Source: Ophelia neglecta
Taxonomy: Eukaryota
DNA length: 64,000 bases
NCBI GenBank assembly: GCA_965285935.1
Contig: OZ260665.1
Coordinates: 67,208,001-67,272,000, forward strand
Direction: 5' to 3'
The notes under the pieces were generated by a model that saw only the letters and a list, made by a program, of their open reading frames with translations, ran no database searches and was not told where the DNA came from. This document shows positions 41,106 through 52,394 of this stretch, in pieces. Positions within the stretch are counted from its first letter, which is position 1. Every line of letters begins with the position of its first letter. The position numbers and the translations under genes are program-made.

Positions 41106-42332
41106 TGTCCCCCAGGGGTTTTGGCTGAATGTTTTTTTGCTGCAAACTAATATTTGATGTTGGAAAAGTTGGATTTATTAAACTGTATGCAAAAAATGTA
41201 TCTGTGTTTCAAAATGTATGTACACGAAATGTATCTTACGTTTCAACAACTGTTCTCTGTTGTACATATTTGCGAGGAATAATGCTACTAACTACATGCG
41301 CATGGGCTAAAAATTTTTATACTGTGCTTCTACGCTATACTGACTGCTCGATGGGGGAACTGCGCGAAATAAGCTTACACCCTAAACATCCCGAACTACA
41401 TTCTGCATTGAATAAAATGGTATGACTTTGTTGAGAATAAAATATCTTACACATGGTACGATCATTTGCATATAGAAGTGCAATACTGCCTTCAATATGC
41501 ATTAATGACACTTAGAATTAATATTATAGTCATTGTATTTCTTTCATTTATCAGTAAAAAGTAAAAGAAACTATTGAGTCGTGTTTTATGGAGTTTTGTA
41601 ATATCTTCGGAACATTGCTGTTTGTTAAAAGATTGCCGCCTTAAAATCGTCTATTTTTTTGTGACCGAATACCTCAGTACAGGACACATGGCTGGTTTCT
41701 GCCTGTACTGACATTGACGATCTGTTGAAAGGCAGCTTCTGTGGTTTTTATTTTATTAAATCAAAAGAATCAATGTGTTAAATGTGGTAAATAATGTAGA
41801 ATAAATATAATTGTTCATCACTCCATTGGTATTATGTTTTCAAATGCAATATGTAGATACCCTTCTTCCATCTGGGACGACTTTCCCTCACGTCTATTCC
41901 ATCAGGTAGTAGCCTAGAATTAGGTAAAAACACTTCAATTAATCCATTTATATCTTTAAAAACCATAACTAAACAATTATGCTTTGGCTACATTGGGACT
42001 TCGAATTATTAATTGGTGTGCATTGTAAATTGATGCCATCGCGCTAACATTGAGCTACTGTTCGAACATGTGTAATTGCGGATATCTGTCAACATGGAAA
42101 CCATCTAAATTTATTATTTTCATGGCTCATTGTATCCTTAAACTTAACTATTGGTAATTAGCTTCATTGTTTCAGGCTACATAAGGGCATATAGAACAGC
42201 CCATTTGCCCATTGTCCGATTTATTCAGTTAAGTAAAATTACATTGACCTTTGTAATGTCTTTTGCTAAGGTGACTTTCATTGCGTCGTTAGAATAGGAC
42301 CAGTGCATTTAGAGCCCTCCAAGATATCACAA

Positions 42333-42900
42333 CCCACCAAGCCAAAAAACGTTTTTTAAAGGTCTTAAATTGTTTTTTTCAAAACATATCCACGTTTGAA
42401 AAAACCCAGATAAAACCTTTATTTAACAATAATTTGTTGGTTCTTATTAACATTTGTTTAACGTTTTTTAGAAACATTTTAAATATGCGTTTTTATAATG
42501 TTTTCCTCAAACGTCCTTTAAACGTTATTTTGTTGGTTTTTCAAACATATTTTTAACGTTTTTAAATAACATTTAACAAAGGCTTTTTTTCCTCAAACGT
42601 GTTTCCAACGTCATTTTGTTGGTTCTTTTTAACATATTTTTAACGTTTAAAAAAATTCACAGCATTATTCCTTAAATGCGTTCTTTTTAACATACTTTTA
42701 ACCTTTTTTACAAAAAACATTCTTAACAAACGTTTTTATTATGTTTTGTCTCAAACGTGTTTCCAACATTTTTCTGATGGCTTTTTTAAACATATGTTAA
42801 GGTTTCTAAAAACATTCACAATATTATTCCTTAAATGCGTTTTCAAGATTTCTTTCTTCTTTCAAACATTTATATAATATAAATTCAACATTTTCCAACT
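42333..42900. repeat. T-rich degenerate internally repetitive element (AAACGTTTTT/AAACATTTT motifs), probably a non-autonomous DNA transposon
   Basis: Starts with CCCA and repeats AACGT/AACAT + T-run motifs; a segment of similar style lies at ~5236-5640 (starts CCCAGCTAACA). Confidence 0.5.
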
Positions 42901-43435
42901 ATTAACAAAGTTTATTTAATGGGGCAACACTGCCATAAATGATAAAAGCTATACTTTTACACACATTAATCAAGCATGCCATAGCTTTCTAGCTTGCTAG
43001 AACATACTTTGTAGCTAAATGTTAAATGTATGGGTTTTAACGTCCCTTTCAACGCTTGAGAGGTCATATCGGGACAGCTCTCAAGCGTAGCTTCCTTTAT
43101 CATACTTATTTATGGCATAAAGGTTTACAAAAAAATTACGCTGCACATCTCAGGTGATTTACACACATCTGAAAGCAATCTAAATTGAGCAATAAACAAA
43201 TGACAATATATTTTATTTGATCACATTATAGAACTCCTACACCAACATGTGATATATAGTAGACATGTTATAACAAAAAAAGTATTTCATAAGTGAATAA
43301 ACATGTTATTATAAAACGTAACTGTACTTTTCCAACACCATAAGTTCAAAATATGGTAGAAAGTTAAGCAAATAGTTGTGCTATTCTGCGCCATTATTAA
43401 GAACAAAGAAACATAGAAAAAAATCCTATGACAAA

Positions 43436-43809
43436 AACGTACATGCGCGCGATAGTCTCAGAATCGTAAATGCGCGCGCATATCTCAGAATCGTACATGC
43501 GCGCGCATGTCTTAGAATCGTACATGCGCGCGCATGTCTCAGAATCGTACATGCGCGCGCATGTCTCATAATCGTACATGCGCGCGCATGTCTCAGAATC
43601 GTACATGCGCGCGCATGTCTCAGAATCGTACATGCGCGCGCATATATTAGAATCGTACATGCGCGCGCATGACTCAGAACTGTACATGCGCGCGCATGTC
43701 TCAGAATCGTACATGCGCGCGCATGTCTCAGAATTGTACATGCGCGCGCAGGTCTCAGAATCGTACATGCGCGCGCATGTCTCAGAATCGTACATGCGCG
43801 GGCATGTAC
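43436..43809. repeat. Palindromic minisatellite, 27-bp unit, ~14 copies (AGAATCGTACATGCGCGCGCATGTCTC)
   Basis: 27-bp periodicity; the consensus unit carries the perfect 16-bp palindrome ACATGCGCGCGCATGT. Confidence 0.97.
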
Positions 43810-44609
43810 TGTTTTGAGCCCTGCGTGCGCAGATAAAGTAGCCTCGGAAGTGGTTAACTTTCCTATACATAATTGGACATCATTAAATTGATGGTGTTGT
43901 AGTGTTTCATAAAAAATGTGAACGTGCTTGACTCATGCGATTTAAGATTTTAAGAGGCAACATATTTCCTGGTCCAAGATTCATGTTTGTATTTGTTGTA
44001 TTTTGATAAATTTTACAGTGGGAAATTCTGTAATTAGGTTGCTTTGTTACTTATTTGTTGATTTCATGAATAGTTTAGGCCTAGTACTACTATGGATATA
44101 CGTTTTTCATACGTTTTTCATGACTAACTGTTTTATACTGCTTGGTAACGTTTAAGTCGTAACCATGAATGAAAATAAAGAACTGTAGTAGTGATCTGGT
44201 GTTAGTATCATAAGCAAAACTACCCGTTTCTACTGCTTGGGTAATCCTTTAGTAGTAACAATGATTAAAAATTGCAATAACAGTTAAGCGAAATGATAAT
44301 AGGATAAAACAGGTCAGTCGCACGATCCATGTCAAATTTTGAGAGCTATCGGATATAGATAATGTCAGCAGACATAAACACAAAAATATTCAAAACAAAA
44401 CATAGGCCTACTTTTTGTAGATATATATATATACATACGCCTATCAGTGAAAGGTGACCTCTTAATTCGCTTCTCAATTAGATTATATCCACAGTTCTCT
44501 GTGGGCGTCCTGGACAGGCTGGACGATTTAAATCTCGGCTCTTTGTTTATATCAATACTCGTGCAGTGATCCGGCGAATGCCGACGACGTCCCTCTGTTA
44601 ACTCCCTTC

Positions 44610-44780
44610 GGAAATACTCTTTAAACACTAGTGGATGCTGCGCTGAGCTACAGCAAAAATTGGCGATTCACATTTAATGCTAAGAAATCAGTTTGTATGA
44701 TTTTCTATCATAATCTGCCCATCTCAAGTCAATCATGCCATCTGTACAATGAAGACCACTGCCTCACGCCAACGGATGGA
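44610..44780 (+). mobile_element. Short LINE reverse-transcriptase fragment
   Basis: ALSYSKNWRFTFNAKKSVCMIF resembles the post-YADD 'W.l.fN..Ks' segment of non-LTR RTs. Confidence 0.55.
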
Positions 44781-46039
44781 TTTTCACACATCAGTGTGCC
44801 GAATTCACCAAGCCACAGATACATCACCAGTGCGGGAAATGAGAAGGCAGCAAAATCCAGACGGACAACTAAAAAAAATGCCTCGTTTGGCCTGGGAAGC
44901 TTGTCAGGCGGCCTATAACTATAAGTGCATAGCAGGTTGTACCATATAATTAATTCATAGCTCTGTGTCCATTTATAATGTCATAATGGTTAGCTACCTA
45001 TAATTTGGGACCACAGGGCAATGCAGCAAGATATCTAGTCCCCGTGGCGAGTTTTTCCACTTTTTTCCGGCCCCATGAAGTGGTCACACGCTAACTTGGA
45101 CAAATAAACAATCGTTTCGTCATGGTCGGTTCAGTGTTACAAGAACTGTGTCCATAAGAAAATAGTTTTTCACGGACTTTAAAGTGCTATCTGCCATGGC
45201 AAACATCACCGGCACGGACTAAACGCCGCAGCAAACGAACAGCGCCAAAATTGTAAAGTTGGCCAAAACTCTCGGTTTGCAGACTAATCTAAATTTTTTC
45301 AAGCGTAATCGGCTAAAAGCGACTGATTAGTGCATCATTATGAGAGAATAAGCAGACTGACCTTCTTAAATCATTGTTGTGGTTTAACAAATGAATGTAT
45401 GATTACCAAACTTGGTGCAAATATCTGCTAAGTCCGATACAGGAGATCTATTTTCTATTAACTATTTATGATAATATAATGAAAAAAGTACTTGATTTCA
45501 TTTCCCTGGTAACAGGCAACAAATTCCAAAATTTATAATATGACTACATAATATCACCTGGGATTCATTTCTTATAAATAACTCAATGTCGCAAGAGAAT
45601 CGTTTGCACACTCCCGTTTGTGGAAAAACGTTATAAAATGGGACGATTTGAAGAGAGGTTAGGATATTGGACGGTATTTTCACCCCAACTAAATGACAAA
45701 GTATTGAGGTGAGTTTTGATAAACATTTCCCTGATCACAGACCATCATCTGTCACGCGACAAGGGGAATAAATGACACCAAGCAACGTGATCAGTGTAGA
45801 TTACACCCGTACCATGCATGCGCAATATCGTATGTATCGTACATATATCAAAGCTACTCAGATGAGCATACATTAAAGAAAAGACGTATAGCTAGATTGC
45901 ACACGGCAACGAACGACAGCTCTTGAGAAAGTACAGGTGCTTATCAAATACCAATAGTTATTTTTGTAAGTCCCATTATCAGCTCATTTTGTTGGATAAT
46001 TTGACGCGATTTACTTCTGGACTTACTTGCAATAGCAAA

Positions 46040-48415
46040 ATGAAGTGGTGGATTGCTTTGATCATCTTTGCGTAAGTAAAAAGAGACCGTGATTTATTGC
46101 TGGTCATTTAAAACCCAATGTGCGCATGCTCGGTTTCGTTTTTCATCCATTTGCTGTCTAACCTGCCTGGGGAATCGACATTAGCGTAGTCATTTCATTT
46201 ACCAAAGCGGGCCATGTTCAGTAATTTACAACAGTGTATTGATAGTTTTGTTCTGATAGCTTAATGCAAGCAATAATGAAAAGGATAGATCCATAGTTGT
46301 TTTTCAAATATTTTAACAAGGCCAAAACATAACCAAAAATTTGGGAAGGCAAGATAAAAAATTTCATTGAAACCAATGACATGTGGCAGGGTACAGGTGT
46401 TTAATAGCTTATAAAACTAGACGAATGATTTTGATAAATACAAGAGCTTCTTTTATGGAATCTGCAGGCAACCTAAAGAAATATAAAAGTATGTAACACC
46501 AGAATTTCTTTAGATATCCCATTGACAACATGTCAAACTAAGATCAGTAGTTGAAAAAATTCCAACAAGTAGTCTTTTCGAGTCCGGCTAGATCTTGGTA
46601 GCCTGTTTCACGAATTCGTATAGTAAAATACCGTAAATATTCCTTAAGACATCGGGTTGTGTGTCCTTTAGTCAATTTCCACCAAATGTTTGAGCCGTCA
46701 TTTATAGCAAGTGATTCAACTTTCTGGTCATTGAATCCAGAATATGAACACCTTGTGTTATTTATCGTTTGTGCAAGCCTGATCATGATATCTGGCATTT
46801 GATTCAAAATTAGAATATGTGAAGTGTTTTGTTATTTTTGTTACTCTCGTTATAATGTGAATAATGTCATTTTTAAATAAAGATAGTCTCTTTCCCATTT
46901 GTTTTAGTTTTGGCTGTGTCAAAGGAGAAGATAATGAAAATGGCGCCGCCGTAAGTATGCTCTACAGTGAATACAAATCAAGACTCAAATTAAATACACA
47001 GTTAGAAACAGTTGGAAAAAAACCCATTTTGTATTCACATAAATACTTTATAACAAGGCCAGATGAGATAATGAACTAGGACCAACTCAACAGTTGAAAG
47101 AGCACCGATTTCTAACTCAACAATGCCTTGCATTGCCCTAAGATTATTACAATTCATCTAATAGTTAATTTGACTTTGGCAGTGGCAGTACACAGTCACC
47201 GTCGACCAGTTAATCACGATGCAGACGTTGCAAGACGGTGACGTGATTGAGATGATAGTAGTGCCGGACGCATGCGTGGCCCCGGATGAAGTGGCATTCG
47301 AAATCAACCTGATAGCTCCAGTCACCGCATGGAAGGCAATCTACCTGCATAACGTGTAAGTCATTGACAAATAGCTGGCAGGCAGGCTGTGCAATCAGGT
47401 GGAAATTGTATCTATCAATCTAACCAACTCCACGCCCAGCGGAATCCCTTGACAATACAATGATCGTCTAGTTTATGATTCTAATTTTGTTATAAGGTAA
47501 TCTGTTATATCGGTAGGATGCGTCAGGGGGGGAGGGGGGGGGGGGAGGCTGAACGATTTAAGAAAAATCCTTACTACGAAACCCCCCACCCCCCACCCCC
47601 CACCCCCCACCCCGCTCCCCAAGTATTTTGGTACATTCCTTAGTAACTAGAGTGACAGCCTATTGTCCGTGTAACGAAGCAAAAATATAAACTATAATCT
47701 GAGATAAGGTATTTTCGTTTTTTGACAGAGATATAACAGACGACACATTAGTGATGCTGGAGTCCGAGAGTAACCAGCTTCCACACGTCGCACATGTTAA
47801 GCACAGCGATATTGTGGACTCCTTTTACCTTGTGTTCTGGAAGGATCGTACTCTCGGAAAAAGAGGTGATCATAGCAGCGATAAATCAGTGATTTTTTTT
47901 AGACACACGCGGTGTTTAGTCGGTATGAAATGTGGTACCAAAGGCTGTTCGATTGTTTAAATGACCCATGTGTATTTGTGTGTATGTGTTTATGTATGTA
48001 TGTATGTATGTAATTGCTTTATACGCCTTATCAATATTCAGACCACATGATCATCAAGACCTCTGATATGAACACCATACTTTATACCTTCAATGTATAA
48101 ACAGACCACCTCTTTAAAAAGACCAATATTTTCCAGCCGCTACTGTTCTCAAAATTTACGGATTTAATGTTTATATGACCTATGTACGTCCAAATGTGAC
48201 GCGTGATAATTTTAAGACACCACGTTATATATTTTAAGGAAAAATAACCAGAAGCTATAACGATGCACCATTAAAAGGTCTGTCTTCATTATTTCTACTA
48301 GAATAATAAATTGATTAATGTTTATACGTTTTTTATAGGCGAGTACTGGGTCTCAGATGCAAACACCAGAATGCAAGCCGGCAAACATTACAAGTTTTTG
48401 TGGAGGAAGGATTAG
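46040..48415 (+). CDS. Uncharacterised small secreted protein, 153 aa; exons 46040-46071, 46908-46950, 47183-47355, 47729-47865, 48339-48415
   Basis: Five exons with strong donors (three GTAAGT) and acceptors join in frame (462 nt): MKWWIALIIFAFGCVKG-EDNENGAAWQYTVTVDQLITMQTLQDGDVIEMIVVPDACVAPDEVAFEINLIAPVTAWKAIYLHNVDITDDTLVMLESESNQLPHVAHVKHSDIVDSFYLVFWKDRTLGKRGEYWVSDANTRMQAGKHYKFLWRKD*. AATAAA at 48447. Confidence 0.8.
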
Positions 48416-51400
48416 ACAGCCCTTATATTTTCATCGCAACTTTTGAAATAAAAACGGCCCGTGGTTCACACTGCACTAAGCTTTATTGATAATTGTTTGT
48501 TAATGATAACTCGTTGATATCCACATGAAGAATATATGCCTGTTTATCACCATTTGAGTCTAAACCTGAGTTAAAGCTACTGAACGCAGATTCCGCAAAC
48601 TTTTTTCTCTTATACCATGCAGGAATTTAAAATTAAAAACAACGATAGGTAGCTTATAAAATAGATATGCATGTCCGTCCCTCTTGGACTTTATTTCCAA
48701 AAATAAAACAATATTAATTCTGAGCATATAGTGAGTCAAAATATCAATGCCTCTCACAAACCACGTTTGTACTAATAAATTATTGGATGGAATATCAGAT
48801 TTAACCTTTTCCAACATATTTTTTACCAATTTTTTCAATTTCATTAACAAATTTAAATAGTTGGCGTAATTATATGAAAATAAACATATTTTTCCTTACA
48901 TCGATTCACTTTCGAATGAAAACGAATTGTGTGTTTACAGCATGAACAACGAAATGACAAATCTTCTTATAGTACGTCGAACAGTGTGGGACAGGTAATA
49001 GTTTCCGGTGTAAGCAGACTAAAAGCTTAGCCAGAAAAAAATTGTCGCACTGGACAAAAAAACAACATATTAACATGCATGTTGGTAATCCAGTATACAT
49101 GCTAAGAATAGTAAAGGCGGCCTGGGAGATGAAACAAAGTCGGCAGGGGCCTGCCTTGGCTAACTTTTGTGGCCGAGTTAAGGCCACAATGCCTAGCTGA
49201 GGATTTCTGTGGCATGACCGTGGCAGACTTTGGGGAGCTCGACCTTCAGCTGTCACTGAACGCCTCTTTAATTAGCCAGACCCCTAAAAATACTAAACAA
49301 ATTTGCTATCTTGATTTACGAAGATAAAAGCTTACCTATAATTCTATCTTGTATTAGATGGTCAATTCTTACAAGGCTTTATATTTATACACAAATTTCA
49401 TCTTAACCATATCAATATCTCCAGGGCGTGTTTGCTGTTTCCTTTCTACTTCAATAATCATAAAGCTTGGTAATTTTCTTTACCCAGTGACAGCTTTGTT
49501 TTCTTATCATGAAGACTTTACAACCTCGTTGTATTGGTTATTTTCTTTTTTAAAGTCGGTATTCAGTTTTGCACAATATCCAGTCCTAGCAGCTTCATTA
49601 ACTCTGCCATTTATACGGCAATATCTGATTATACCAACGATTTCCTTGTTTAAACGAAAACTCTGTTTGGAAAGTACGCGAGAATCTTACCTATATTAAA
49701 TAGTTATTGTATTGTTGGAACGTTTAGCAATCTCTAAAGGTTAATTCGACTATTTTCTGATCAATTCATAGCCAGAGAGTGGAGAAGTATTGCGCACCTT
49801 TTAATTTCACAAAAGAAATTTGTAATATAACACGCAGTTTGAACTTTGCGCTGTGAAGACTGTGGAAAGATCAATAAAAAAAATGTCTCACAATTAAATT
49901 TGTTTATAATGTGTATAATGAACTGACAGATTATACACTGTCAGGTTAACTTTATAGGATTTCGCGGTTGTAGAGGGGTGACACAAGTTATGGCAACGAT
50001 CGGCTTGTTAAAAATACTAGGGCCACCGAGTGGGCAGGCAACTTTTAAATAAATCACATTTTAGCAGTTCCCCGGCCGTCCAAATTACTCCATAGCAAAA
50101 TGACTAGGAATTTATGAAAAGTAGGAACAAAAGAAAATTCTAGACGAGAATGGGGGTTTCTGCGTTGCAGTTTAAACACAAAAGAAGGTCCTTTACCTTC
50201 CCAGAAGTTTGTAATGCCGTATACGCATTAGCCTGTTTCCTTTACTAAGCTTAGCCAATGGTACCTAGCTATCCTGTATTTCCTACTTTATTTATTTCGG
50301 ATTGGTCCATCGTGTACGCGTACGCGGATTAATCTGTAAACAAAAGCTGTTCACATCGTTGCCTTTCCTTATTTTTATGAAATATCGTTATATATATATA
50401 TATATCTGGCGCATGTTGTTTTTTCACAATTTGCCACTTTGATGGATAAGCGCTGTTAGAAACATAATAACCTAGAATAGTTAACATCACGTTAAGTGTG
50501 AGTAAGGTGAGATTTGCGAATGTCGCCAAACTAGTGGCACGAAGATAACTAGAAAGTAGTATAGTATAATATAAGTAGCAAAGATTAGTCTTATACCAGA
50601 CTGGTTATATTGCGTAAGGGTCACAGTCACATATAATTATATCACATTGACCTTTTTAAAATGCATCTGTCAGAGGGATGGATATGAATAATGTATACAT
50701 ATGATGCATAGAGGATTAAGTGGTAAGGCTTGTAGGGTTCACAAGAAGCAATTGTAGGGTGAGGAACGGGCATTGGACAAATAAACGTCTGACAATGTGG
50801 TTTGATGATTTCAGTTTTGATTTAATAGTTGAACAAGGTTTGTTAATGTTTACCTATGCATGTAAGTATTTGTTATTCGCTATTTTGATTAAATAATGTA
50901 TGTTGATAAAAATAATGTATTTTTATAAAAAAAAATCAGGTGCTTGGTTGAATCGGGCAAGGAGAGGGGGGGGGGGTGGAAGCATCGAGAAAAAACTGAT
51001 AATTATTTGAAATTAATCAGACCCCACCCCCCACCCCCCCCCACCCCCGCGCGCAGGCGAATTCTTGACTTGTACCTTCGTCGATCATTCTTCCGTGACT
51101 AGCTGATCAATATGTGCAGTTGAACAACCCGGGTGTGAGTCCTCCACAAACAATCCAAGACCAGGGGAGCCATGGAATACAAATATAGCATGCAAATATT
51201 AAGACTTCGATTTTTAAAGAGGATGTGCCAGGAGAGGGCGGGGGGGGGGGTGACCCTTTAATGAATTAGCCAGACGAGTATGTATGGCCGAGCCTTCGCA
51301 AATGCCACCCTAACCATTAGAATTTCTCACCATCAAAAACACTAGCTTATAAAATACAGCAAAATACGGGTTTAAGGCTTAAAATTGATCCTTAGCCTGA

Positions 51401-51493
51401 ACTGTCGTTAAACTGTTTTCGGGCCTTTTTTGCCTACTAAAACGAATGTGTGAATTTAGTTCTTTTATTGGCAGCAGGTTGGAAAATTAGACA

Positions 51494-51545
51494 CTACCAA
51501 CATAGATATAGAGAATACATGGATTATACATATCTATGCTACCAA
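51494..51545. mobile_element. 38-bp CATAGATAT...ATATCTATG mini-insert with 7-bp TSD (CTACCAA)
   Basis: ctaccaa|catagatatagagaatacatggattatacatatctatg|ctaccaa; the first 20 nt are identical to the insert at 22178. Confidence 0.85.
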
Positions 51546-52394
51546 TTAAGGAAATCCAGAAAAAGACACCCTTAAATAACCGTAACGGAATTCGTGGAAA
51601 GCGCCCACTTACATAGCCTCGATCACGTACCGGCACAGACGTGTACTGGAGCATACATTAGGCGATATGCGCATGATTAATTTAACTGACAAACTTTTTG
51701 TTATTTACACAACAGCCTATGCCTCCTAAAATGCTTGTCATTCTTATTAAAATATTCCCAAACGCATGCCAACAATTGAATTCTGTTTCGTGTACCTTCT
51801 GATTTACAGTGTTTACATTTTTTCTCTAATAAATTATCATATTTCAATAACCTTGCTTGCAAAACTGTTCCTGGGCCTTTTGCTATTACTTGATGTTAAA
51901 ACAATATATCGAACATGGCTATTATACATTGAAAATGTCCAGTAGGGTCTTCATATTAGGGTCTAAACTGGCAGGCTGTCTTAATATAGCGGTGGTATGT
52001 AAGGCGAGTTTTACTGTATTCTAAATTAAGGTCGGTGCCCCCCACTTAGGGGCGGGGGGGGGGGGGGGCGGGTAAACAAACAAAACATTTTGTGTTGATC
52101 ATATATTTATCGATCTCATAGCATAAGCTCAGTAGGCTTAATTACTAACCAGTATGTATGCAGACTTAGGACATGACGTCTCTAGAGCCTTGTGTGTGTT
52201 GCGCAAAGGGCTGTGAAGGTTTTATTTGTAGGTCGTCATGGTGTTGTCTTTAACTCAATAAACCGATTTGAAGTGATCACAAAGCCTTGTGTACGTTACA
52301 CATATTGGCCTTAGCGGTGTTCCCTTGTAACTTTTCCAGACGAGATATTTCTCGGTGACTCCAGTGAGCGTTGACGAGCCGGATAACGCTTATC

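Noticed and set aside
43376-43870. CRISPR-like appearance and repetitive ORFs (RIVHARACL / CARMYDSET)
   Set aside because: The DNA between palindromes is constant (no unique spacers), there are no cas genes, the context is eukaryotic, and ORFs on both strands follow from the 27-bp unit.
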